This document shows, piece by piece, positions 61,801-64,000 of a stretch of DNA of 64,000 bases. The notes under the pieces are model-generated. The model was not told where the DNA came from. It did not search any database and saw only the letters and a program-made list of their open reading frames with translations. The position numbers were made by a program, and so were the translations under genes. The DNA comes from a virus. The stretch lies in the UHGV virus genome UHGV-0098755; one strand, given 5' to 3'. How positions within the stretch are numbered: position 1 is the stretch's first letter; every line of letters begins with the position of its first letter.

Positions 61801-64000
<2,200 letters not shown>

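Overview
The window is a contiguous segment of a T4-like (T-even, Tevenvirinae) myovirus genome in T4 map orientation. Coordinates 1-46077 are densely packed early, middle and late genes on the minus strand: clamp loader and clamp (62 partial, 44, 45), rpbA, recombination nuclease 46/47, alpha-glucosyltransferase, late sigma factor 55, anaerobic RNR (nrdH, nrdG, an uninterrupted nrdD), endonuclease VII, pin, thioredoxin nrdC, a long run of uncharacterised early ORFs, rI, tk, regB, capsid-targeted internal-protein genes, lysozyme e, nudE, a 10-tRNA cluster, 57B (Acb1-like), 57A, 1, 3, 2 and 4. From 46125 the plus strand carries the late baseplate and tail genes 53, 5, 5.1, 5.4, 6-12, wac, 13, a free-standing HNH endonuclease and the start of 14. 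The phage is not T4 itself: nrdD has no intron, denV survives only as a 3' fragment, the tRNA cluster carries extra Asn and Tyr genes, there are five internal-protein genes, and an HNH gene sits between 13 and 14. The best candidate for an undescribed system is the early cassette at 23058-26400, encoding two tandem paralogs, a 3-TM protein and a Pol-beta-type nucleotidyltransferase-like protein, with an adjacent ADP-ribosyltransferase-motif gene. All identifications rest on reading the sequence and on recalled T4 protein sequences and gene order; no database search was run. The ORF track appears to allow non-ATG starts, so several starts were moved to an internal ATG with a Shine-Dalgarno sequence.
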